DNA of 64,000 nucleotides. It comes from Candidatus Sumerlaeota bacterium. Lineage in GTDB: Bacteria > Sumerlaeota > Sumerlaeia > Sumerlaeales > Sumerlaeaceae. Numbering within the stretch: the first letter of the stretch is position 1; every line of letters starts with the position of its first letter. The DNA lies in assembly GCA_017161655.1 (NCBI GenBank), contig JADFCV010000001.1:196945-260944 (forward strand). Reading direction: 5' to 3'. The notes below the pieces were generated by a model. That model searched no databases, was not told where the DNA came from, and was given only the letters and a program-made list of their open reading frames with translations. This document shows, in pieces, positions 10,334 through 18,920 of this stretch. Both the position numbers and the translations under genes were made by a program.

Positions 10334-12124
10334 TTATTCCTCGTCTCCCACGGTGACGCGCAGGACTTCCTGAATCGTGGTCTGGCCAAGTAGCACCTTT
10401 TCCCAGCCATCCATGCGCAGGGTTCGCATACCCTTTTTCACGGCTACCCGCTTAATCTTCGTCGCAGGTTCGACCCTGATCACCATTTGGCGGAGTTCTG
10501 GATCATTGACAAAAATCTCGTGGATGGCGGTACGGCCGCGGTAGCCAGAGTTGTTGCATCTGTCGCACCCGGCACCTTTGTAAAAAGTGCGATCAGCGTA
10601 TTCTTTCGGGTCGTAGCCGACGCTCTCGATTTCTTCTGGTTTAGGCTTATACTCGATTTTGCAGTGACTACAGATTTTGCGCACGAGACGCTGCGCAACG
10701 ACTGCCTGGATCGAGCTCGCCACCAGGAAGGGCTTGATCCCCATGTCGATCAAACGCGTCGTGGCACTGGGCGCATCATTCGTGTGCAGCGTGCTAAAAA
10801 CTAGGTGACCAGTCAACGCTGCACGAATGCCGATCTCAGCAGGTTCAAGATCGCGCATTTCACCGACCATGATGACGTCCGGCGACTGACGCAAAATCGC
10901 GCGCAGTCCCTGCGCAAAATCCAGTCCGACTTCCTTGTTCACCTGAACCTGATTAATCCCGTCGATCATGTATTCGACAGGATCCTCAATGGTAACGATT
11001 TTCGTTTCTGGATTATTGATCGTAGAGAGTGCTGCGTAAAGCGTAGTCGTTTTCCCACTTCCTGTCGGACCTGTGAGCAGGATGACTCCATTGGGCGATT
11101 TAATTAATTCTTTGAAGAGCTTCACGGAGTCGGGCAGAAAACCGACGTCTTCCAGACCCATCAACACGCTTGCTTGATCGAGGATACGCATGACGATGGT
11201 CTCGCCAAAGATGGTCGGCATGGACGAAACACGTAGATCGAGTTTTTTCCCCTGAATCGTCAGTTTGATACGTCCGTCAAGAGGGACCCGCTTTTCAGCC
11301 AGATCCATCCCAGAAAGCACTTTCAGGCGAGAAATGATCGCGTTTTGCCACCGTTTGGGCGGTGCTGGCACCTCGTGCAGCACGCCATCGATTCGGAAAC
11401 GGATGGTCATCCCGGTTTTCGTTGGCTCAATGTGGATATCTGAAGCTCGGTCATGAACCGCCTGCTTGAAAATGAGGTCGACATACCTGACCACCGGCGG
11501 CTGGTCTACTTCAGGGGTTCCGGTGAGATCAATGTTCGCGTAGGCGTCCTCTTCCTCAGCGCGTGACTCTGACTGAATGGCCTCATCCGCCGCGCTCGCG
11601 TAGAGATCCGCAATGTCTGAGCCTTCGTAATAATGCTTAATGAAGCGGTTGATGTCGTCCTCGCTGGCGATAACAGGGATCACTTTCTTGTGATAAATAC
11701 GCTCAAGGTCGTCGGTGACCTGGATGTTGAGTGGATCCACAACCGCGACCCACAAGTGCTCATCGTCGTAGCGCACAGGAAAGACGCGGTATTTGACAGC
11801 ATGCTGCGAGTCGATCTGCTCGATCAGATCCGGAGTAGGTTTGAGCTCGCGAAGGTTGACTTTTTCAAGACCTAGGTTCTGGGCGAGCGCATCAAGAATG
11901 TCGTCGTCGCGAACAAGCCCTTGCGACACCAGGGCATGCTTGACTGTCTGTGCGCTTTCATCCTCAGGAATGAGATCTTTGATCATGTCCTGGCTAATCA
12001 GACCAGCTTCTTCGAGTAGCCAGGCTAAGGTTTTCCCTGTCCCTCCCCCGCCACCTTTGGCTTTTGTTGCTGCGGTTTTCTCAAAGTATCGTCGTTCTTC
12101 AGGTGTCGGTTTTCTAACGGCCAT
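10334..12124 (-). CDS. pilB: Type IV pilus / T2SS assembly ATPase (PilB/GspE family)
   Basis: ASDIHIEP, Walker A GPTGSGKTT, TIEDPVEY, Walker B VIMVGEMRD, His boxes TGHLVFSTLH, Zn motif CSHC...CDRC, MshEN-like N-terminus. Confidence 0.93.
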   Translation of the reverse strand: MAVRKPTPEERRYFEKTAATKAKGGGGGTGKTLAWLLEEAGLISQDMIKDLIPEDESAQTVKHALVSQGLVRDDDILDALAQNLGLEKVNLRELKPTPDLIEQIDSQHAVKYRVFPVRYDDEHLWVAVVDPLNIQVTDDLERIYHKKVIPVIASEDDINRFIKHYYEGSDIADLYASAADEAIQSESRAEEEDAYANIDLTGTPEVDQPPVVRYVDLIFKQAVHDRASDIHIEPTKTGMTIRFRIDGVLHEVPAPPKRWQNAIISRLKVLSGMDLAEKRVPLDGRIKLTIQGKKLDLRVSSMPTIFGETIVMRILDQASVLMGLEDVGFLPDSVKLFKELIKSPNGVILLTGPTGSGKTTTLYAALSTINNPETKIVTIEDPVEYMIDGINQVQVNKEVGLDFAQGLRAILRQSPDVIMVGEMRDLEPAEIGIRAALTGHLVFSTLHTNDAPSATTRLIDMGIKPFLVASSIQAVVAQRLVRKICSHCKIEYKPKPEEIESVGYDPKEYADRTFYKGAGCDRCNNSGYRGRTAIHEIFVNDPELRQMVIRVEPATKIKRVAVKKGMRTLRMDGWEKVLLGQTTIQEVLRVTVGDEE

Positions 12125-12409
12125 GTCCCTGTCTCACCTAGCTTATCTGCGCCAGATCCCAATAGGGGATCCTGAAGCCGCGCACCAAGCATCACATGCT
12201 TATCCGCCACTCATGCAAGAGCGTTTTTGTGGCGAATTCAACTCACCCAACGCGGCTCTTTATCATTTACATTTATGCGACACCTTTCACATAACATTCC
12301 ACAACAAAATTCGGTCGATCTCAGACTGGTAACGAATAAGCAAATCAGGCACCTGTTCTCCTAGCGGGGAATGGCCGCCCAATAATAAGGAATGAACTGA
12401 GGAGCGGGA

Positions 12410-12643
12410 ATGATTCTTCGTATTCTACCGCTGGTCCTGGTCTTGGTTGCCCTCGGGGCAATTGCGTGGGGAGTTTACCGTCTTCGAGACCGATTCGAGA
12501 TTCTGCGCGAGTTTCTTCAGTTTCTAGCCGAACGCAAACTCTGGTGGCTCGCACCGATCCTCATCGTTTTTGCTCTCGCGGGGATCTTTGTTGCAGTCAC
12601 CAGTAGTTCTGCCGTCAGTGCCTTCATTTACACCTTGTTTTAG
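12410..12643 (+). CDS. Small membrane protein, DUF5989/SxtK-like
   Basis: GAGGAG RBS; EFLQFLAERKLWWLAPI...SAFIYTLF matches the pattern I recall for this family. Confidence 0.8.
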   Translation: MILRILPLVLVLVALGAIAWGVYRLRDRFEILREFLQFLAERKLWWLAPILIVFALAGIFVAVTSSSAVSAFIYTLF

Positions 12644-12669
12644 CCTTTTGGCCCCACGAGGTTGTCGCT

Positions 12670-12900
12670 ATGTTAAAAGTGCTCTGGGAAAAGTGGAAAC
12701 AGCTGGGATTCTTCTTAGCCAGGCTGTTTGGTTACGTTCTTTTTGCCGTTTTGTACGTAGTGTTGTTCGCCCCCGTGGCATTAATTGCGAAGCTTCTGGG
12801 CAAACATTTTCTTCCACAGTTTCCCTCTTCCACTCCTACCTACTTCCTCCCCAAAGAAAGAATTAAACCAACGCTGGAGTATCTCCGGCGTCAGTGGTAA
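12670..12900 (+). CDS. Small membrane protein, SxtJ-like (short form)
   Basis: W..LG..L......LFAVLYVVLFAPVALI.KLLGK..L....TY...RQW pattern, paired with the DUF5989-like gene. Confidence 0.7.
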   Translation: MLKVLWEKWKQLGFFLARLFGYVLFAVLYVVLFAPVALIAKLLGKHFLPQFPSSTPTYFLPKERIKPTLEYLRRQW

Positions 12901-12935
12901 AAAAGTAGGGCTTGTCCGCCTGGTGGACAAGCCCT
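12899..12935 (-). terminator. Rho-independent terminator of valS (possibly bidirectional)
   Basis: AGGGCTTGTCC-GCCTGGT-GGACAAGCCCT with an A-tract on its left (U-tract on the minus strand). Confidence 0.8.
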
Positions 12936-12972
12936 CGACCACATGTATTTTCCGGAGCGGCGAGTTTGTGCT

Positions 12973-15735
12973 TCAGCCTTTGGTAAGCTGAGCAAGTTTT
13001 GCTGAATACTGGGTATATTCGGTCTCCAACTGTTCAAGTTTTGACTTTTCTTTTTCAACGACTGCTGCCGGTGCTTTCGAAACAAATGCTTCGCTCGAGA
13101 GTTTGCGTTTCTGGTTTTCGATAGCTTGCGAAAGGCGAGTCAGCTCGCGCTCAATTCGAGCAATTTCAGCATCACGCATTTCGGCGGGAAGCTCAACGTG
13201 CGCAACAACAGGCCCGGCAACCGCCGTGGAGGTGAAGGCGGACGGCGCTAGCTCAGAATGAATCCCAAGAGACTTCAGATTCGTGAGCCGCTCGATAAAA
13301 TCACGGTGTTCTTCTAACAAAGCTCGAGTCGCTTTATCGGCGCACACGAGCTTCACGTCCGTTGCTACGGCAGGCGGGACTTTCATTTCACCGCGAATGT
13401 TGCGAATCGCATAGACGATTTCCTGAAGAAGCCGGATAGCCGCTTGCGCTTTCTCGTCCACAAGGGATGCCAGCTCCTGTTCATCAAACTTGCTCCAGGG
13501 AGCGATCATGATAGATTCATGGCGGAGCGCTGCTAGCATCTTATCCCCAAGGCTGTTGCCCAAAGTCACCAGCGCATTGCTCCACCGAGATCGCAGAGCT
13601 TGCCAAAGTTCCTCCGTAATAAACGGACAAAACGGATGGAGAAGGCGCAGCATGCCTTCGAGAATTACAGCAGCTGTCGCCTGAGCGATGTGTTTGCTTT
13701 GCTCAGATCCTCCCGCATTTCCGTAAATGCGTGGCTTGATGAGCTCGAGGTAGTAGTCACAATAATCTTTCCACAAAAAGTCGTAAATTGCACGTACGGC
13801 ATCGTCAAAACGATACGTCTCGAGCGCCTTGTTCACATTTTGCACGGTGAGCGCGTATTCAGCGAGAATCCAGCGGTCTTCCAGCAAAAGGGAAGTCCCG
13901 TCTCGAGTCGGGAGCGCACTTGCCTGAGACAATTGCTCCGCGCCAAGGTCTTGCGTAAGACCAAGCACAAGCCGCGCTGCGTTCCAGATCTTATTCATGA
14001 AATTGCGATATCCCTCGCAGCGCTTAACGCTAAACGCGATGTGTTGTTCCTGGGCAGCGTAATCGCACAGGGTGATGCGCAGAGCGTCTGTTCCATACTC
14101 CGCCATAAGGTCTAGCGGGTCGATCGCGTTCCCCTTCGATTTGCTCATCTTCTTGCCGTGCTCGTCGCCCACAATGGGGTTAAAGTAAACATCACGGAAG
14201 GGGACTTCGCCCAAGAAATGAAGTCCCATCATGATCATGCGAGCCACCCACAGGAAGATGATATCCTTGGCTGTGACGAGCGTGTCTGTGGGATAAAAAA
14301 GCTGAAGCTCTCGAGTATCGTCAGGCCATCCCAACGTGGAAAATGGCCACAGCGCGCTAGAGAACCACGTATCGAGAACGTCGGGGTCTTGAACAAGTCG
14401 GCGATTTCCGCACTTGGGGCAGTTGCCATCATAAGTTTCAGTGTCGGTCACGACAAGTTCGCCGCACTGCTCACACGTCCATGCAGGAATACGATGCCCC
14501 CACCACAGCTGGCGTGAAATACACCAGTCGCGCAGGTTATCGAGCCAGTGGTAATAATCGCGCTCGCGGCTCTTGGGAATGAAGCGAACACGCCCTTCTT
14601 CAACGGCTTTTCGAGCTGGTTCTGCCAGCGGCGCCATTTTCACAAACCATTGAAGCGAAACATAAGGTTCGATCACGGTGTGGCAACGATAGCATTCGCC
14701 GGATCTTTGTGTGTAATCCTCGATTTTCTCAATGAGTCCTTGCGCCTCGAGGTCGGCGACTATTCGTTTGCGTGCTTCGTAGCGGTCGAGCCCAGCATAA
14801 GCGGGCACCGTCTCATTAATTTTGGCGTCAGGGGTGAGAACGTTAATCTCCTCGAGGCCGTGGCGTTTGCCTGCCTGATAGTCATTGAAGTCGTGGGCGG
14901 GTGTGATCTTCACCATTCCCGTCCCAAATTCTTTTTCCACGAAATCGTCAGCAATGACGGGTATCCGCCGTCCCACTAAGGGCAGAATGACATATTTGCC
15001 AATCCAGTCTCGGTAACGTTCGTCCGAGGGATTCACAGCTACAGCCGTATCGCCGAGCATAGTCTCGGGCCGGGTTGTGGCCACGACTGCAAATTTTCCG
15101 GACTCGCCTTCGAGAGGGTAACGAATATACCAAAGTTTGCCTGGCTTTTCTGTGAACTCGACCTCATCGTCGCTCAGCGTTGTACGGCATCGCGGACACC
15201 AGTTAACAAGATAATTTCCCCGGTAGATGAGCCCCTCATCATAAAGCCTTTTGAACACCGTGCGAACAGCGCGGGAAAGCCCAGGGTCCATAGTGAAACG
15301 CTCGCGTTGCCAGTCGCACGAGCAACCCAGCCGCTTAAGCTGCGTCACAATGATGCGGCCATGTTTTTCCTTCCACTGCCAAACGCGTTCAAGAAACCTC
15401 TCGCGCCCAAGCCCTTCACGCGTGAGTCCTTCTGCTTTAATAGCCCGTTCGACCACCACCTGTGTTGCAATGCTAGCGTGATCTGTTCCCGGAACCCAAA
15501 GGGCGTTGAAGCCTGACATTCGTTTCCATCGGATTAACACATCTTGAAGGGTGTTGTTGAGCGCGTGACCCATGTGCAATATCCCAGTGATGTTGGGCGG
15601 CGGGATCACGATGCAGTAGGGAGGTCGCTCGGAAGGATCAACAGTCTCATCAGCGTGGAAAAAGCCCTTATTTTCCCACCACTCGTACCACTTTGTTTCG
15701 GCTGCTTTTGGATCGTAACGACTTGGAAGTTCCAT
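12973..15735 (-). CDS. valS: Valine--tRNA ligase
   Basis: IPPPNITGILHMGHA, TTRPET, DWCISRQLWWGH, DVLDTWFSS, KMSKS and the C-terminal coiled coil. Start at MELPSRY preferred over 15804. Confidence 0.98.
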   Translation of the reverse strand: MELPSRYDPKAAETKWYEWWENKGFFHADETVDPSERPPYCIVIPPPNITGILHMGHALNNTLQDVLIRWKRMSGFNALWVPGTDHASIATQVVVERAIKAEGLTREGLGRERFLERVWQWKEKHGRIIVTQLKRLGCSCDWQRERFTMDPGLSRAVRTVFKRLYDEGLIYRGNYLVNWCPRCRTTLSDDEVEFTEKPGKLWYIRYPLEGESGKFAVVATTRPETMLGDTAVAVNPSDERYRDWIGKYVILPLVGRRIPVIADDFVEKEFGTGMVKITPAHDFNDYQAGKRHGLEEINVLTPDAKINETVPAYAGLDRYEARKRIVADLEAQGLIEKIEDYTQRSGECYRCHTVIEPYVSLQWFVKMAPLAEPARKAVEEGRVRFIPKSRERDYYHWLDNLRDWCISRQLWWGHRIPAWTCEQCGELVVTDTETYDGNCPKCGNRRLVQDPDVLDTWFSSALWPFSTLGWPDDTRELQLFYPTDTLVTAKDIIFLWVARMIMMGLHFLGEVPFRDVYFNPIVGDEHGKKMSKSKGNAIDPLDLMAEYGTDALRITLCDYAAQEQHIAFSVKRCEGYRNFMNKIWNAARLVLGLTQDLGAEQLSQASALPTRDGTSLLLEDRWILAEYALTVQNVNKALETYRFDDAVRAIYDFLWKDYCDYYLELIKPRIYGNAGGSEQSKHIAQATAAVILEGMLRLLHPFCPFITEELWQALRSRWSNALVTLGNSLGDKMLAALRHESIMIAPWSKFDEQELASLVDEKAQAAIRLLQEIVYAIRNIRGEMKVPPAVATDVKLVCADKATRALLEEHRDFIERLTNLKSLGIHSELAPSAFTSTAVAGPVVAHVELPAEMRDAEIARIERELTRLSQAIENQKRKLSSEAFVSKAPAAVVEKEKSKLEQLETEYTQYSAKLAQLTKG

Positions 15736-16003
15736 TGGCCCTCTCGCAAACACAAATTGTTCGACCAAATCTATTTCCCCTTGCCACGGTGCATTCGAAG
15801 CCAAGTCAAGCGAGCAAAATCATAGAGCCTTTGACGTGTCCTGTTTTTGCGCGATGCGTGCGCAGTGTGTCGAGTTATTCAGCGGGGGGATAGTCTCTGT
15901 CTTGACAAACACAGAGTCCGTGAAGTTATTGTCGGAGTGTCGAATTTTCAAGTTAAGCAATTTTTCTGTGGAGCGAGACAAACAGGGAAGGCCAAAATCT
16001 AGG

Positions 16004-16021
16004 GTTGACGAGTCTTGTCAA
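16004..16021. promoter_or_regulatory. Palindromic site TTGAC-N7-GTCAA upstream of pilMN
   Basis: GTTGACGAGTCTTGTCAA; a site with the same spacing lies upstream of the secretin gene. Confidence 0.4.
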
Positions 16022-16179
16022 AATCGAAACCTTCGACGTAATCATTGGCAAAATTTGCAGCAAAGTGGCCCAGAGGGCAAAAGGTGATTTCATTTCGAGA
16101 TGGATGTTTGCTGTAATGCTTAGGAGCAGCAACAGTCGGATTTTACAGCGAATGCTGAGTGGAGGGTGTGTGCGCGCCC

Positions 16180-18183
16180 ATGCATAACTTGCGCAAATGT
16201 TTGGGAATAGACATCGGCACGACCTCAATAAAAATTGCCGAACTGGTAGCCGAAAAAACTGGTGCGCGCGTCACAAAGCTCCACACCGTACCTGTTCCGT
16301 TGCCGCCGGGTCCACTCGATGCTCAGCGAATTGAGATTGTTTCGAAAACCATCCGCGACGCACTGAAAGAACAGAAGATCACCACGAAACACGCGGTGTT
16401 CTGTATCTCTGGGCAGAACGTGTTTGTGCGCAAAGTTCGCCTTCCGCGCACAACCGAAGAGCGATTACATCGCATCATCGCCTATGAGGCGCGCCAGCAG
16501 ATTCCCTTTGCTCTCGAGAATGCGCTAGTCGAGTATCAGGTCTTCGACCTGGGGCCGGAAAGCGATCTCGAGGTTCTATTGGTGGCCGTCAAAAAGGACC
16601 TTGTTAACGAGTTTATGAAGCTCGTTAACAAGACAGCCCTCAAGCCCGTGGCCGTATCTGTGAGTTCCTTTGCTCTTTTCAATTTTCATGTATTCGATAG
16701 CACACCGTTCGACCGGCTTTGCGAAGAGCTAGGGCTGGTTAAAAAGAAGAAGGATTCAAAACGACAACCTAGTGTTGCCGAACCTGCCGCAGAGGGGGAG
16801 CAGCCATCCACAAAGAAGAAATTTAGTTTTAAGCTTCCCAGTTTCAGCTTCATAAAGAAAAAGGGACAAACGGCTCAGACGGGGGAAGCGGAGGAGCTTC
16901 CTGAGGTTGCCGTGGAGGAAGTTCCCGAAAAGGAGATTTTTGAGGAAGTGCGCGCCTTTGTCAATATCGGTGCGCAAACTTTCGATTTGGCCATCGCACG
17001 TCTTGGGAAGTATCGCCTTCTTGGTTTTACCCGCAGCGTCCCCTGGGGCGGGCTTGAGCTAACCAGAAGCTTACAAGAACGTCTTGGCATCGAAAACTTC
17101 GATGAAGCAGAAGAAATCAAACGCGAGAAAGCTGTGGTTGTTGTGCCAGGGCGTGAGAATGAGCTTGATGAAGCAGGAGCCGACCCTGATGCCTCGGAAT
17201 TCGCAACAACCTGGGCGGACCGCCTGATCCTGGATATTCGCAAATCTCTCGACTACTACATTTCACAGCCCGATGGGGTTGCTGTTGACGCAATTTGGTT
17301 AAGCGGTGGCCAAGCCGTACAGCCAAATCTTGCAGCGTATATCGAAGAGAAACTTGGCATCGCCGTCGAAATCAAGACTCACGTCGAAAATGACGCTCTG
17401 CGCGTACCAGTCGTGGAGGAGAATCAGGCAGGAATCACGAATTTTTGCATTGCGCTCGGTCTTGGCCTTACTGGGCTTGGTTATGGCCGGATCACCATTG
17501 ATTTCCTCCCGCGTGAGCTCAAAACATTACGAGAATTTAAGAAGAAAAACATCGAACTGCTGCTGTTGACAGCTGGTTTGGGTGCGATGATTGCCGTGAG
17601 TACGCAAGTTGGGCAGCGCGACGTTGCGAATATGAAGCGCTGGCTGGAACAGAACCAAATGAAAATCCAAACAGCTGCTCAAACAAAAGCAAAACTCGAT
17701 GAAGCTCGCCAGAAGCGTGACAAAGTGAATGCCAAATTCACCGCTCTTGGCGAGGCCATTGGCGACCGTGGCTTCTGGCTGGAGTTTCTGGGGATGTTGC
17801 AGAATGTGAAGCCTGCAGAAGTGCTTATCACGAGCATCCAGATGAAGCCCGATGGCGAAGTGACAATCGAATGTGAGGCGGAAAATCTCCGCTCTCTGTT
17901 GGACTTTGTAAAGGCTCTTAAGGGACAGACCGAGTGGGTGAAAGACATTATCAACAGCAACGTCGGGGATCCATCGCGTGTCCGTTTCTCAAACTTTGTG
18001 GGCAAGCAGGTTCAGACAGGTGTGATTACGCTTTTGGTGCATTGGAAGAAAACACGTTTGGCTCCTGCACGCCAAACACTTGAGCCAGGCCTTATGTATC
18101 CGACGCCGCCACCTGCTACACCTGCTGCACCGCGGCCCGGTCCAGGAGTAGGAGTGCCGGGAGCGGCCGAGCCAATGCTGTGA
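16180..18183 (+). CDS. pilM: PilM-PilN fusion protein (type IV filament alignment complex)
   Basis: GIDIGTTSIK, YEARQQIPF, VLLVAVKK, VNIGA, LSGG (PilM actin-like fold), then IDFLP (INLLP-like), a TM helix, a coiled coil and a PilN-like domain (P..VLITSI). Confidence 0.88.
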   Translation: MHNLRKCLGIDIGTTSIKIAELVAEKTGARVTKLHTVPVPLPPGPLDAQRIEIVSKTIRDALKEQKITTKHAVFCISGQNVFVRKVRLPRTTEERLHRIIAYEARQQIPFALENALVEYQVFDLGPESDLEVLLVAVKKDLVNEFMKLVNKTALKPVAVSVSSFALFNFHVFDSTPFDRLCEELGLVKKKKDSKRQPSVAEPAAEGEQPSTKKKFSFKLPSFSFIKKKGQTAQTGEAEELPEVAVEEVPEKEIFEEVRAFVNIGAQTFDLAIARLGKYRLLGFTRSVPWGGLELTRSLQERLGIENFDEAEEIKREKAVVVVPGRENELDEAGADPDASEFATTWADRLILDIRKSLDYYISQPDGVAVDAIWLSGGQAVQPNLAAYIEEKLGIAVEIKTHVENDALRVPVVEENQAGITNFCIALGLGLTGLGYGRITIDFLPRELKTLREFKKKNIELLLLTAGLGAMIAVSTQVGQRDVANMKRWLEQNQMKIQTAAQTKAKLDEARQKRDKVNAKFTALGEAIGDRGFWLEFLGMLQNVKPAEVLITSIQMKPDGEVTIECEAENLRSLLDFVKALKGQTEWVKDIINSNVGDPSRVRFSNFVGKQVQTGVITLLVHWKKTRLAPARQTLEPGLMYPTPPPATPAAPRPGPGVGVPGAAEPML

Positions 18184-18190
18184 GGCAACA

Positions 18191-18694
18191 ATGAACGAAA
18201 AGACGGAGAAAATACTGAAGTTGCTTCAGGCGAACATTGACCGCATTGTGATTGCGGTCATGTACGTCCTCGTTGGGGTTATGGTGTACTTCTGGTGGGC
18301 TGAGCAAAATCCTGAAGAAGCCACAGCCGGTGAGCAAAAAGTGGCTATCCTCAAGGATCCGGTTGCAGAAAATCCCAGCTACAAAATGATTGCAGAGTTT
18401 ACAAAGAATCCCGACATCTCAGCTTACCCTCAAATCGATCAAGTCGCCAAGTTCAACATGTTTGAGTATAAGTCGGTGAAACAGAGAGAAGCCCTTGAAC
18501 GCGAGGTGCGGGCAAAGGTCGAATCTGCCGACAAAGCTATTGCGGAGGGGCGAGTGGAGGAAGCACGTCGTCTGTTACGTGAAGTGCTGGATGCCTTCCC
18601 TGCTCACCAAAGGGCGCGGGAACTCATGAACAAGTTAACGAGTGAGTCGGGAAAGACTTCGGCAAAAGCAGGAGCCACTACAGCTCCAAAGTAA
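18191..18694 (+). CDS. Bitopic membrane protein with a C-terminal TPR-like motif, in the pilO/pilP position
   Basis: TM IVIAVMYVLVGVMVYFWW; ADKAIAEGRVEEARRLLREVLDAFPAHQRA; starts 7 nt after the pilMN stop. Confidence 0.7.
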   Translation: MNEKTEKILKLLQANIDRIVIAVMYVLVGVMVYFWWAEQNPEEATAGEQKVAILKDPVAENPSYKMIAEFTKNPDISAYPQIDQVAKFNMFEYKSVKQREALEREVRAKVESADKAIAEGRVEEARRLLREVLDAFPAHQRARELMNKLTSESGKTSAKAGATTAPK

Positions 18695-18806
18695 GAGGGA
18701 AAAGTCGTGCATGATTTTGATTGCTTTTGAAAATCGCTTGGGACGTGAATATGGTCGCTATCTTGACTTCGCTACAACGAAGACGAGTGGCGAACGCGGT
18801 TGTGAC

Positions 18807-18824
18807 GTTGACACGGGGTGTCAT
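18807..18824. promoter_or_regulatory. Palindromic site TGACAC-GGG-GTGTCA upstream of the secretin gene
   Basis: GTTGACACGGGGTGTCAT, about 100 nt before the likely ATG. Confidence 0.4.
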
Positions 18825-18920
18825 GAAACGAGAGGGGCAGAAGAGCCTCGTGTGGTGTGCCAGGAGCAAAGATTAGAGAAAGTAGAATTTGTAGGAACTA
18901 AAGGGAGAAAGCCGAAATCA

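Noticed and set aside
12029..12058. KGGGGGTGKT near the PilB N-terminus resembles a Walker A motif
   Set aside because: There is no preceding hydrophobic strand or ATPase fold, and the true Walker A is GPTGSGKTT. It is probably a Gly linker.
12410..12900. Saxitoxin cluster
   Set aside because: Only generic SxtJ/SxtK-like small proteins are present, with no biosynthetic sxt genes.
16040..16100. c-di-GMP-I riboswitch upstream of pilM (GGCAAA...GCAAA)
   Set aside because: It lacks the GAAA-capped P2 stem and the GACGCAAA junction.
18642..18920. Extra 93 N-terminal codons of the secretin ORF
   Set aside because: The signal peptide and a GGGAG RBS point to a start at 18921 or 18933; the stretch overlaps the upstream gene and contains promoter-like elements.
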